From contig NC_043003.1 of the NCBI RefSeq assembly GCF_006345805.1, positions 41,912,001 through 41,976,000 of the forward strand: a DNA stretch of 64,000 nt, given 5' to 3'. The position numbers were made by a program, and so were the translations under genes. Under the pieces are notes generated by a model. It searched no databases and was not told where the DNA came from. It was given only the letters and a program-made list of their open reading frames with translations. Origin of the DNA: Octopus sinensis (lineage: Eukaryota). This document shows positions 51,536 through 63,527 of this stretch, piece by piece. Every line of letters starts with the position of its first letter. Within the stretch, counting starts at the first letter, position 1.

Positions 51536-51837
51536 TAAAAAAGTTATACTATAACCATGTAAGTGTGCGTATTTTCCGTTTTTACTTTTCCTATATATAT
51601 AAAAGACGGGCTTCTTTCAGTTTCTGTCTACTAGATACATTCGGGTTTGGTCGGCCCGAGGCTATACCAGAGGTCACTTATCCAAGGTAGCACGCAATGC
51701 AACTGAACCTGGAACCATGTGGTTGGGAAGCATGTATATATTTATGTATGTATATACGTACATATGTACATGCATGCACACACTTATATGTGGTTCTACG
51801 TACTTACATTCGTACATTTCTCTCTTTCTACACAAAC

Positions 51838-52212
51838 ATATTCTTTTATTCTTTTACTTGTTTCAGTCATTTGACTGCGGTCATGCTGGAGCACCGCCTT
51901 TAGTCGAGCAAATCGACCCCGGGACTTATTCTTTGTAAGCCCAGTACTTATTCTATCGGTCTCTTTTGCCGAACCGCTAAGTGACGGGCACGTAAACACA
52001 CCAGACACACAAACATATACACACACATTTATATATATAAACATATATACGACAGGCTTCTTTCAGTTTCCGTCTACCAAATCCACTCACAAGGCATTGG
52101 TCGGCCCGGGGCTATAGCAGAAGACACTTGCCCAAGATGCCACGCAGTGGCACTGAACCCGGAACCATGTGGTTAGTTAGCAAGCTACTTACCACACAGC
52201 CACTCCTGCGCC
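51838..52212 (-). mobile_element. SINE family A (tRNA head + CORE-like segment + CA/TA microsatellite + LINE-type tail), full-length
   Basis: Minus: GGCGCAGGAGTGGCTGTGTGG (A box) ... GGTTCAGTGCC (B box), TCTTGGGCAAGTG (CORE-like), tail GGCGGTGCTCCAGCATGACCGCAGTCAAATGACTGAAACAAGTAAAAG. It resembles described Octopus OR-type CORE SINEs; the family name is not verified. Confidence 0.9.
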
Positions 52213-52469
52213 TATATATACATGTATGTATATGTGTATGTATATGTGTGTTTGTGTGTGAACGAGTGTGTGTGTGAACGAGTGTGTGTGTGTGTGTGTG
52301 TGTGTGAACTAGTGTGTGTGTGAAACTCAAATCACAAGACAAGCTTTTAGGTTTGTTTCAATAAAAATACTATAAACGTACTTGCATACGTAAATGAATT
52401 CATACAAACATACAGTCACACACACACACATATGCATACATTAAATGCATACAATACATGCATAATATA

Positions 52470-52537
<68 letters not shown>

Positions 52538-52604
52538 AATATATGTACATATACTTATATACACATTTATACATATACATATACAATGTTTAAAATACAT
52601 ACAT

Positions 52605-52663
<59 letters not shown>

Positions 52664-53159
52664 ATATACATACGTAATTTCACCAGATCAGCGTAGAGTG
52701 TTAGACATTTAGATATACAGAAAAGCCAAACAGGTAAAGAGAGATACAGACATGACTGACAAGTAATTGACCACGATACGGAGAAAGAGAACGATATTGC
52801 AAAAGAGAGTCATTCATAATGAGAGCGAATGCGAGAGAGAGAGAGAGAGAAAGACGGAGCGGGAGAGAAAGAGAAGGGGAGAGAGAGGTAAAGAGAGAAT
52901 ATGTATCAATAGTCTCTATGGCAGGTATTTTAACCATTGGATGAAAAATTATTGGAGTTGACAAGCAGAACAGACGGCAGATTAAATTAGTTCCGTTGAA
53001 TGACTTTTCCCGATGTTTGTCTGCCTCGTTTCCCCCTCGATGTTATTCTTGATCGTTGCTGATTTCTCTTTATTGTTCTTACTCTTTCTCTCACTTACGT
53101 CTCCTTCTCTGTTTCAATGTTTCAATGATTTGACCTACCTCATTTCCACTCCGTCAATA

Positions 53160-53660
53160 ACTCTCCTTCTTCTTCTTCTTCTTCTTCTTCTTCTTCTTCT
53201 TCTTCTTCTTCTTCTTCTTCTTCTTCTCTTCTTCTTCTTCTTCTTCTTCTTCTTCTTCTTCTTCTTTTCTTCTTCTTCTTTTCTTCTTCTTCTTCTTCTT
53301 CTTCTTCTTCTTCTTCTTCTACTTCTTCTTCTTCTTCTTTGTCTTCTTCTTCTACTGCTACTTCTACTACTACTACAACTACTACTACTACTACTACTAC
53401 TACTTTTATTGTCATTATTAGTATTATTTTTCATCATTATCGTCACCATCATTATCGTCACCATCATTATCGTCACCATCATTATTATCACGATCGTCTT
53501 GTGTATTTCGTTTTGTCCTCGTCGCCGTCCTCCTCCTCCCCTCTTCTTCCTCCTCCTCCTCCTCCTCCTCACCTCCCCTCTTCTTCTTCTTCTTTCTCCT
53601 CCTCCTCCTCCTCCTCTCCCAACTTGCTCTGCCTCCTCATCCCCTCTTCTTCCTCCAGTC
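53160..53660. repeat. Trinucleotide cascade (CTT)n-(CTA)n-(CAT/CGT)n-(CCT)n
   Basis: Direct reading; explains the poly-L/S/E/R ORFs at 53013-53807. Confidence 0.97.
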
Positions 53661-54999
53661 TCCACCACCACCGCTGCATGCACCAGTGACCTACATGCTG
53701 CCATCATTGATTTAATGCTTTTGCCAATATGGCCGCTGTCAGCGACTAACAAACTTTCGGTTTGGTGTTTATGTTACTTTTTTCCCTCTGAAATGAATGT
53801 AACCTGACGCAAACAAAGCTCCCCCCCCACACATTTCTTGCTACGTTACTATCACTCATTCACTTTCTTATTTCCTGTCTTTGATTTTCATTATTTTTTC
53901 TTTCTCCTTCTCCGTTGTTTACTTACTCAACCTTCGTAAAAATTTCTCGCTTAAACTTTTATTCGCTTCAATCATTCTCACTCATTATTTCCCAATGTCA
54001 GCCCACCTTCTCCACCATTCTCTCTAACTATCTCATTTTAATAATCACCCCATCTCTTTTAATGTCACAATACTTCCTTCTTCGCTCCCCATCTTCCCCG
54101 CATTATTATGTTTAACTGTCTGACATATTACTTTATTCATTCAATCATCACTCATCACTAATGAATTAATAATACGCTCGTATTCATGTGTTGCACCTCT
54201 CTCTTAATTCTCATGTTACTTCAATGTTTCATCACTCATTAGTCATCTTTCAACAGCATTCTCACAATCTTTATGCAATATCTAATATTGTTCTGATATT
54301 TTATCTCCCTCAGTCAAATCTTTTACCTCTCCTTATAATTTCTCCTTGCACTTTCCTATTCCTTAACTCTTTCGTACATTCCGTGGCATATTTGCATTTC
54401 AGCTTTTCTAGCTTTCCATCAAACAATTGTACTTCGCTCTTTAGTGGATCTAACTAATTGCTTATCTCCACATCCACCATGATTGAACATTCTTATGTTT
54501 AAAACGCTGCTGATACGACCATCGCGCCAATATTTTCCGTGATATTGTCTATCGAATTCATTATCCAACATTGTCGTAAATCTCTGGGGTTTTTGTTTTT
54601 TATTTCAATTTAATAATGTATAACTTAAGTTTGGCTGCTGTCTCTGCAACTAGTTCGACCAGGTAGTCAGTCTTTGTTGGCTTGAAATGTAATTTCTCTG
54701 TAATTGTGGTGCAGAGAGTATGAAAAAATGGTTTCTAAAGCTGATTGATTTTTCGTAAACGACGTCCTGTTTCACCGAAATATATGGAAATGCAAAATTA
54801 CACATGCAATATGAGGGCTGGTTGGAGAGAAAGTCACTAGTCAGTACCACAAATAGAGATAGATTTATTGGTCAAAATTAGAGACGAATGGACACATGAA
54901 TAAACAGAAAGGTAGTAGTTATATGTGTCACATATCTATTACACAAGTAAAATAAATTTCTGAGAAATTGTCACACAAATTTTTATTCCTTCGAATATG

Positions 55000-55086
55000 T
55001 GTGGGATTGCAAAGGTGTAATTCACTTTGAATTGTTACCACCTAATGCAACAATCAATGTTGAAGCCTACTGTCAGCAATTAGAGG
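55000..55086 (+). mobile_element. Short fragment of the same mariner family
   Basis: GATTGCAAAGGTGTAATTCACTTTGAATTGTTACCACCTAATGCAACAATCAATG is nearly identical to 56420-56500. Confidence 0.85.
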
Positions 55087-55328
55087 AAATTAGGAAATAT
55101 TAATCCATTGTTTGAAAATTTTCTATATTTTTTACCTTGCGGAAATTTTGTTCGTTTCAATCATTCTCACTCATTATTTGCCAATATTAGCATACTTTCT
55201 CCACCACTCTCTCTGTCTCATTTTAATAATCGCACCCTCTCTATTAATGCTACAATGCTTCCTTCTTCACTCCCTCTCTTACCCACTTTATTAAGGTTAA
55301 CTTTCTGGCATATACTTTATTCATCCAA

Positions 55329-55558
55329 GGCGGTTAGCTGGCAGAAACGTTAGCGCGCCGGACGAAATGCTTAGCGGTATTTCGTCTGTCATTACGTTCT
55401 GAGTTCAAATTCCGCCGAGGTCGACTTTGCCATTCATCCTTTCAAGGCCGATAAATAAAGTACATGTTTCGCACTGGGGTCGATGTAATCAACTTAATCC
55501 CTTTGTCTGTCCTTGTTCGTGCCCTCTATATTTAGCCCCTTGTGGGTAGTAAAGAAAT
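55329..55558 (+). mobile_element. SINE family B monomer with 19-bp target-site duplication
   Basis: GGCGGTTAGCTGGCAGAA...GAGTTCAAATTCC (B box)...CTTGTGGGTAGTAAAGAA. ATATACTTTATTCATCCAA occurs at 55310-55328 and 55559-55577. Confidence 0.92.
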
Positions 55559-55655
55559 ATATACTTTATTCATCCAAACAACACACTTCACTCATGAATT
55601 AATAGTATACTCTCACAATTTCCATCTGGTTCCATTAGTCTGCAAATACTAATTA

Positions 55656-56937
55656 TCAGGTCAGCCCATAAGTTCTGTCCGATTTTATCATTTTTAAAAT
55701 TGAAATTTAAAAGTATTTTAGAATACCTAATGGAATTTAAAATTATTTTGATGCATTTCTGTAGATTTAAACTAATTAGATATTATTTTACAGAATAATA
55801 GAATTTAAATTACTTTGATTAAAGCCCTTTCTAACATGGAAGTATCCAAAGAGCATTTAAGGGACATAATGCTTTATGAGTACAAAAAAAGAAACTCTAC
55901 AGCCGAAGCGACTCGAAACATACACTCAGTTTATGGGAAAGAATGCTTGGATGAAAGAACTTGCTGAAGATGGTTTTCAAAATTCAGAAGTAGAGATTTC
56001 AGCCTTGAAGATAAAAATCGAACCGGACGTCCAGTTGAGTTTGATGATAATCTCCTTGAGCCATTACTTGAAGAAAATCCTGCATTTTCAGTTGAAGAAT
56101 TGGCAATAAAGCTTAGTTCAAACCATACAACTGTTTATCGTCATCTTCAACAGCTTGGAAAGGTCCCTAAACTTGGAAAATAGGTGCTTCATGAATTGTC
56201 CGAAAGCAACCGCAAATCCCGAGTTGACATCTGCTCTTCTTTCCATTCTCGCGAACTCATTTCGTCTTTTTTGGATACACTTGTGACCTGTGACAAAAAA
56301 ATGGATCTTCTGTCGAAATGTTAATCGTCGTAAACAGTGGCTTGGTAAAAGGGAAAAATTTCGACCACAACCGAGCAGGAAATTTCATGGAAAGAAGGTT
56401 GTTCTCTATATCTGGTCGGATTGCAAAGGAGTAATTCACTTTGAATTGTTACCACCTAATGCAACAATCAATGCTCAAGTCTACTGTCAGCAATTAGGGC
56501 GTTTGAATTATACTTTGAAGGAAAAAAGACCCGCTTAAGTTAATCGAAAAGGAGTGATATTTCATCAGGACAATGCCCAAACCCACACTGCCAAGATCGA
56601 ATTACAGAAGATCGAAGAGCTTGGTTGGGAAAAAATTCTTCATCCCCCTTATTCTCCCTACCCTGCTCCTTCAGACTACCATTTGTTTCGTAGTTTACAG
56701 AATCATTTGGGAGACATAATTTTCGCATGCCAGGAAGAGGTCGAAACTGACATTAAAGAGTTCTTCGCTTTGAAACTAAAAGAGATATACATTGATGAAA
56801 TTAAAAAGCTTATATATACATGGAAGTCATAGATAATCAGGTAAAGTACATTGAGAATTAAAATTTCAATTAAATATAACATTTGATCACTTGTTTTCTT
56901 TATTCAGAATTCGAACAGAACTTACCGGATGATCTGA
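55656..56937 (+). mobile_element. Full-length mariner (DD34D) transposon, inactivated
   Basis: 1282 bp with imperfect ~27-bp TIRs (TCAGGTCAGCCCATAAGTTCTGTCCGA / TCGAACAGAACTTACCGGATGATCTGA) and TA on both sides. Transposase runs from ATG ~55837 with frameshifts and stops: VTCDKKW, HQDNA-34 aa-APSDYHLF. Confidence 0.93.
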
Positions 56938-57033
56938 TACCAATCAATTCCTGTAGTTCACCAAATTGACTAAATTCCCACCATAAAACATGAGTGGCAT
57001 TGCTCGTTTAGGTATCGATGTTTTACTTTCGTA

Positions 57034-57255
57034 AGGTGGCGAGCTGGCAGAACAGTTGTCACGCAGGGCAATATGCTTAGCGGTATTTCGTCCATCTTTG
57101 CATTCTAAATTTAAATTCTGCCGATGTCCTTATTTGCATTTCATCACTTTTGGGTCGATTAAATATTTACGAGTTGAGAAATAGAGTCGATGTAAGCAAC
57201 CTAGACCCTTCTTCAAAACTCCTGACCTTGTGCCAAACTTTGAAACCAGTATTTT
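57034..57255 (+). mobile_element. SINE family B variant with alternative 3' tail
   Basis: Same head and core but ends CCTTGTGCCAAACTTTGAAACCAGTATT. A second such copy is at 1453-1670. Confidence 0.75.
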
Positions 57256-57316
57256 ACATTTGTGTATAAAAATTGTTTATCACATTGAATCAAAGCCAGG
57301 AATTTGAGGTGTATAA

Positions 57317-57600
57317 TCTGTATATATAAAAGTCGTGATGTGTGTGTGTGTGCGTGAATGTGATTTATGCATGTCCACAAATCAGCACACATGTCGCTCC
57401 AATTTTAGGAGGACATTCGTCATGATCTTTTCGTCAACTTATTTTCCCCAGAGGCACCAGCGAATAGCAGTAAAAATATATTTCTTTAACCAAAATTTTT
57501 AACAATTTTCAAGTCGAAGAAATCACCATTGTTTAAAAACAGGAGTTAAGTCCCTTTCTATCGACGAATAAGTTTCTGTAAAGACTTTTGTTGTTTTATT
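57317..57600 (+). mobile_element. Helitron-like 5' end
   Basis: A|TCTGTATATATAAAAGT followed by (GT)n resembles non-autonomous Helitron 5' termini. No convincing 3' end. Confidence 0.35.
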
Positions 57601-58539
57601 TCCATCGAGGAAAAATGTGTTTTGTACACACACGAACATGGATGAGTACAAAAAACATGTATGCAATAGGTGTACGTACGTACGTGTGTGTATGTGTGTG
57701 TGAGTGCGTGTTTCCCATATATATATATATCTGCGAAGTAATTTTATTTTAATTCTCTCGCAGGAGGGGCTAGTTTCGACGAGTCGTGTTCTGTCTTACC
57801 TTCGAAACACGCTAGAGTCGAACTAGGGACAGCTGAAGAAGGGGATTTTTCCTTGTGTAGTTTGTCTTGTACCCTGTTTTTCTGTTGTAAAAAATGGTTT
57901 GTTCCATGCTTGTTTTTCCGTTTTCGTTTCTCGTTGAGTTCTACGTCTAGTTGTGGTGTCCTGTACTTACGTATATATTTATATATGCATGTATATGTAC
58001 ATGTAGATGTAGGTACATACATATATGTTTGTATGTATGCATATATTTCATTTATTACACAATTGTTTGACAGCGCCCTCGCGTCGATTCGATTCGATTC
58101 GTCCGTTTCGTTCCCTTCTTCTTCTTCTCCAAGTACTGTTTTATATATATATATATATATATATATTAGGTGTGATCTGAACATAACCGCTTCTGATACA
58201 GAGATTCGGGAGCCCTTTTGGAAATTCTATTTTCCTTGCTGGAAGGGTTCCTAGCCCATGAGCAAAAGAGGCGGGTAGATGATGGGGCTGGGTGTTTGCA
58301 AAGGGCTGGCCTGAGCATCCTGATCACCTCTGATCAAACTTCCAACCCATGCGCTCCCGTCGCGACACTCATTCTGCAGAATTAGGTTGGGCGTGAAAAC
58401 CAGCTTTAAAGTATAACTATAGATGTTTTTGAATCAGCAATATTGTGTTCCGTTAAGTCCTATTTGGGATGAAATCAATAAACTGATTCCTTATCGGGTT
58501 TTCCATTTAATCAGAAAAAAAACGTGATAAACCGAAATG

Positions 58540-59737
58540 AAATTGCCCCAAGTACTCACTAGATATTTTAATTTACTAATCTTGAAAATATGAAAGGCAA
58601 GAAGAAATTCACAGATTTGAACTTGGAACATGACGAACAAGAATAAATAATTGTTTGAAATTCCGACCCAAGGTCAGAAAATTCAGAGAACGGATAATCA
58701 TGGTTACATTGATCTCAATACTTAATCGGTGCTATACTTTATCGACTTTGTAGGGTTGACAGTAAAATATAACTTCGGTGGGATTTGCACTCAGAATGTA
58801 GAGACCTGGAAGATAAGCCCCCTGAGCATTTTAACGTATGCAGAAGATTTTGCCAGCTCACTACCTTTGAAACAGAATTCATAGTACTTTCTACTGGTAT
58901 TATTTCATAGACTCAGAAAGAATGAAAAGCGAAGTCGACCTCGGCGAAATGTGATCTCAGAACATAATGCCACTGAGCATTTTGCTCGGCGTGCTAACGA
59001 TTCTACCAGCTCGCCACCAATGAATCAGAATAATTGATACACGCCATTTTCTCTGGCGCACTTAGGATCTTGCCAATCCATTGCACAGGCTTGTATATAA
59101 TAATTATTTTCTGATATACACACTAGGATAGAAGTTTTGCATAGAAGGTGTAGTCGATTAAACCAACCTCAGTATAAACAGAACTTAATTTTATTGATCA
59201 CGGATGAGTGAAAGGTAAATTTGACCGCGGCGAATTTTAAACTTACAATTGAAAAGCCAGAACAAATATAGCAATCCAAAGTTTTCTTATTATTTCTTAT
59301 TCCTTATTTCTTTACTGCCCACAAGGGGATATACACAGAGTTGAGGCAAACACAGAGGGGTCAAACATGGACAGACAAACGGATTAAGTGGATTATATCA
59401 ACTCCAGTGCGCAACTGGTACTTAATTTATCGACCCCGAAAGGATGAAAGGCAAAATTAACCCCGGCGGAATTTGAACTCAGAATGTAACGGCAGAAGAA
59501 ATGCCTATTTCTTTACTACCCACAAGGGGCTAAACACAGAGGGGACAAGAAAGGACAGTCACCCGGATTAAGTCAATCATATCGACTCCAGTGCGTAACT
59601 GGTACTTATTTGATCGACCCCGAAAGGATGAAAGGCAAAGTCGACCTCGGCGGGGTTTGAACTCAGAACGTAACGGCAAATGAAATACTGCTTAGCATTT
59701 CGCCCGGCGTGCTAACGTTTCTGCCAGCTCGCTGCCC
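58540..59737 (-). mobile_element. Cluster of SINE family B copies ending in a dimer (59300-59737)
   Basis: Repeated GGAATTTGAACTCAGAA / GTGCTAAC / AGTCGACCTCGGCG motifs at ~58550, 58700-58865, 58880-59020 and 59135-59280. Dimer junction GAAATGC|CTATTTC at 59504/59505. Confidence 0.85.
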
Positions 59738-61009
59738 TGTGGGATGGTGTGAGGTGGTGGCACTCCATAGTACAGGCCAAATTCACCGACCTATTTGTCA
59801 GCCAATCGACCTATGTGACAATCTACAACAGTATTTATTTGAGAAATTTAAAAACGTACGAAATAGTTTCAATCTGATTTATTCCTCTGTTTCAAATTTC
59901 GATTTCAATTTCGATCCACATGATACTGAAATCGAATTGTACCTTAGATGTAACCTATAGTAGGAGTAACAGAAATACATTACTGTTTATTTATTCGACC
60001 GAAAACATTCTAATGCTAAATCGTTATTTGCGTCTTTCAAAAAAGAATCAATTTTCAGCATAAAGGAGGTAAATTAGCAGATCCCAAGAGATATACAATC
60101 TACATCAATGTTAACTGATCAGTCAAGTTTGGAGGGGAGTGCAATCTCAGATTTCATTGATAAGTGTTGGGTTACATTTCTGAGAGAGGTGCAAAGCTCT
60201 CCTAAATCTCTTTCAAGAATTTTAATTGTTTTCCCAGTCTATAACTGACTGTACGTAGACACAACAACGTTCGTAAATAAATTGTCACGGATCAACTAAA
60301 TGTTGTCTAGACTAAATATAAGTTGACGTAGGGGTAGCAGACGAGTATATATTTCGTCCGTCAACAGTTTCGCTTGGCTGGTTATATTGATCAGATCATC
60401 AAGATCAGCAGATAGGGACATACTGAAAAGAAAATCATGTTTGTGAAAGCTACACGTCCTTGTTATAGGGTAAATTTAAAAGATTATGTTACAGGCCTAA
60501 TCCACATTCATGTCTTTCAGGCCATAACCACTAGAATACGATTAGATTTACGGCATTTTATCTCTGTTTGTATCTTTGTAATTAGGTTCGACAGGTTCCA
60601 AGCGTTACAGACTGGATACTGAGATTCGTGACGCTTACGAGCATCGGTGGTTTAAATGAAATAATATGACTAAACACGAGGTTGAAAGATTTTTGCGATG
60701 ATTTCTGGTTAAGAGATTGCAATTGTTTTTTATTGCTATATAAAGTGTTCAGTACAGCTTCTTTTATAGTGGTTAGCTATTTGATCATTACATATATATA
60801 GTAGATAAAAGCAAATGACTATGCATCAGTGAAGAGAATAGATGCCGATGAGATAAAATTTTACTATATCAAAGTGTGTTGACCCTGAAGAAGGATTTGA
60901 ACGCACAACATGAGAGTACAAACTGATAGAGGCGAAGCTTTTTAAACAGATTATGTCTATCATAGAAAATAACTCTTCTCAAAAAGCTATTCTGTCTCTC
61001 CATTTAATA

Positions 61010-61124
61010 AACTCTAACACACACACACACATGTATTATATATAAGTACATACATATATAAAGACACTTTTTTATTCTTTTCAAATGTACCTATTATATG
61101 TATTATATATATATTTATATAAAT

Positions 61125-61160
<36 letters not shown>

Positions 61161-61263
61161 ATATGTATGTATGTATGTATGTTTGTAAGTATGCATGTAT
61201 GCATATATATATAAAAAACATATATAAATGCATAGATACATATGTATAAATTCATATATATAA

Positions 61264-61299
<36 letters not shown>

Positions 61300-61466
61300 C
61301 ATATATATAAATGTATATGTATATAAATATATATAATATATATGCATATATATAAATGTATATATATATATATATATATACATATACATAACTGTATATA
61401 TACATGTATATATAAATGTATATATATATGTATACATATATATAACTGTATATATGCATATGTATA

Positions 61467-61513
<47 letters not shown>

Positions 61514-61609
61514 TGTTTATATCAATATATATCAATATATATATATATGTAGATACATGTATATATTTATGTGTCTATATATATGTTAATATATATACAT
61601 GTTTATATG

Positions 61610-61655
<46 letters not shown>

Positions 61656-61864
61656 TATGTATATGTGTATGTTGGCACGTGTTATTCGTATCGACACATG
61701 TTGTATTAATCATTGTAATTCGTAAATGATTTATGTTCCTCGGTGTCAAGTAATATATCTGTATAGGTATTTATTACTGTATAGTGAGGTGATGGTTTAT
61801 ATTTTTTATGTTTACTTGTCTGTGTATGCAAGTATGTGCGATGGCAAAAGAGGAGAGAAAGAGG

Positions 61865-61900
<36 letters not shown>

Positions 61901-62119
61901 GAGAGAGAGTGAGAATGAAACAAAATTACTGAAGGAAAAAGGGCGAGAGCCAGAGGGAAGGAAATGAAAAAAAATATTTAAAAAATAACGGCAAGACATT
62001 GTTCGGCGTTTCTGTACGAAAACAAACAAACAAAAAAAACAGATCACATAACACCGTAAGACTGGTGTTCATATAACTGATACACACATATATGAATATG
62101 CCTGTGATTATGTATATAT

Positions 62120-62162
<43 letters not shown>

Positions 62163-62183
62163 CACGTAGGAACATCTCCCACG

Positions 62184-62219
<36 letters not shown>

Positions 62220-62289
62220 TATATATACATATATATATATACATATATATATACATTATATATATACATATACATATACATATATATAT

Positions 62290-62342
<53 letters not shown>

Positions 62343-62417
62343 TTATACATATATATATATACATATACATATACATATACATAATACATATATATATATA
62401 CATACATACATAGATAT

Positions 62418-62460
<43 letters not shown>

Positions 62461-62488
62461 TACATAATATATACATATATATACATAC

Positions 62489-62544
<56 letters not shown>

Positions 62545-62600
62545 CATACATAGATATATACATACATACATAGATACATACATTCATACATGCTTACATG
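61010..62600. repeat. Extended degenerate (TA)n/(TACA)n microsatellite block
   Basis: Direct reading; explains the YI-repeat ORFs. Confidence 0.97.
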
Positions 62601-63468
62601 TGTACATGCATACAGACGTTTGTCAATAGACACATTCATATCATGTTGAAATAATGGGTTCCCCTCCGACTACTAAAATTAAGAAAAGTCGAGCCTCGTC
62701 AGGACTTGCATGAATGACAGCTTGGGAAACCTATGTCCTATACAGATTTATGAGATAAGACTATGCCCCAACGTGACCGCAGTGCAATGACTGAAATAAA
62801 TAAAACGAAAACACAATAAGTAAATCGATATATATATACAAATACGTATGTACACGCATTGTGGTAACAAACTGGCTCCCCAAACACATAGTTCTAGGTT
62901 CAGTCCCACATTGTGGCAACTTGGTCTAGAGTCTTCTACTATAGCTTGGAGTCGAGAAAACCCTGTGAGTGGTAGATGGAATGTCAAAGAGCCCGTCGTG
63001 CATTGATGTATGCATATATCTATGTGTGTGTGTTTGTCCCCACCCTACACATCCCCGTTTAATAATTGGTGGTGGTATGTTTATATAGCCGCAACTTGGC
63101 GGTTCGCCAGAAGATCCCGATAGAAAAAGTAGCAGGCGTAAAAAGGTAATACTGGTTCGATTTATTCGACTGAAAATTCAAGGTGATGCATGATGCACCT
63201 TACTCCCTTATATCTTTTCTTTTTCCTTCTTTTAATACTTAGTATTTCTCTCTACATTCATATTCTCCACTCTTACTGTGCTTTCTACACATTCTGATTG
63301 AATCTTCCATGCGTTAACATATACGTCCTTGCGACAATGAAACCATTCATTTAATCAAGATATCCTCGGCCTGAAGAGTAACCGGCGGTATACACCTCTC
63401 CTGGATACTTACCACATCTGAGGCTCCGCTTGCTCTGAAACATAAATAGCCATTCCATAACTCTTGTA

Positions 63469-63524
<56 letters not shown>

Positions 63525-63527
<3 letters not shown>

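Larger units (their letters stand above)
48058..51600 (-). mobile_element. Penelope-like element (RT + GIY-YIG) flanked by ~370-bp inverted pseudo-LTRs
   Basis: 48058-48427 is the reverse complement of 51226-51600, with scattered mismatches. RT and GIY-YIG ORFs lie on the minus strand in between; the N-terminal region 50280-51200 is broken by stops and frameshifts. Confidence 0.92.
53930..55620. repeat. Diverged ~250-bp direct repeat pair (53930-54200 and 55140-55620, the latter split by a SINE)
   Basis: Shared blocks TTCAATCATTCTCACTCATTATTT, TTCTCCACCA, TCTCATTTTAATAATC and CTTCCTTCTTC in the same order. Confidence 0.75.

Noticed and set aside
52140-52212. tRNA-like sequence with A and B boxes
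   Set aside because: It is the head of a SINE; there is no complete cloverleaf or acceptor stem, so no tRNA gene was called.
53013-53807. 264-aa ORF and overlapping ORFs, plus the many YI/CV/HT/poly-N/poly-I ORFs throughout the window
   Set aside because: They are translations of microsatellites that lack stop codons in some frames; there is no domain content.
58165-58420. GC-richer block starting TATTAGGTGTGATCTG, possibly a mariner end or an RTE 5' UTR (similar uncertainty for TAGAGCAGACACGGGC at 36052, hAT-like)
   Set aside because: No matching second terminus or coding remnant; it cannot be classified without a database search.
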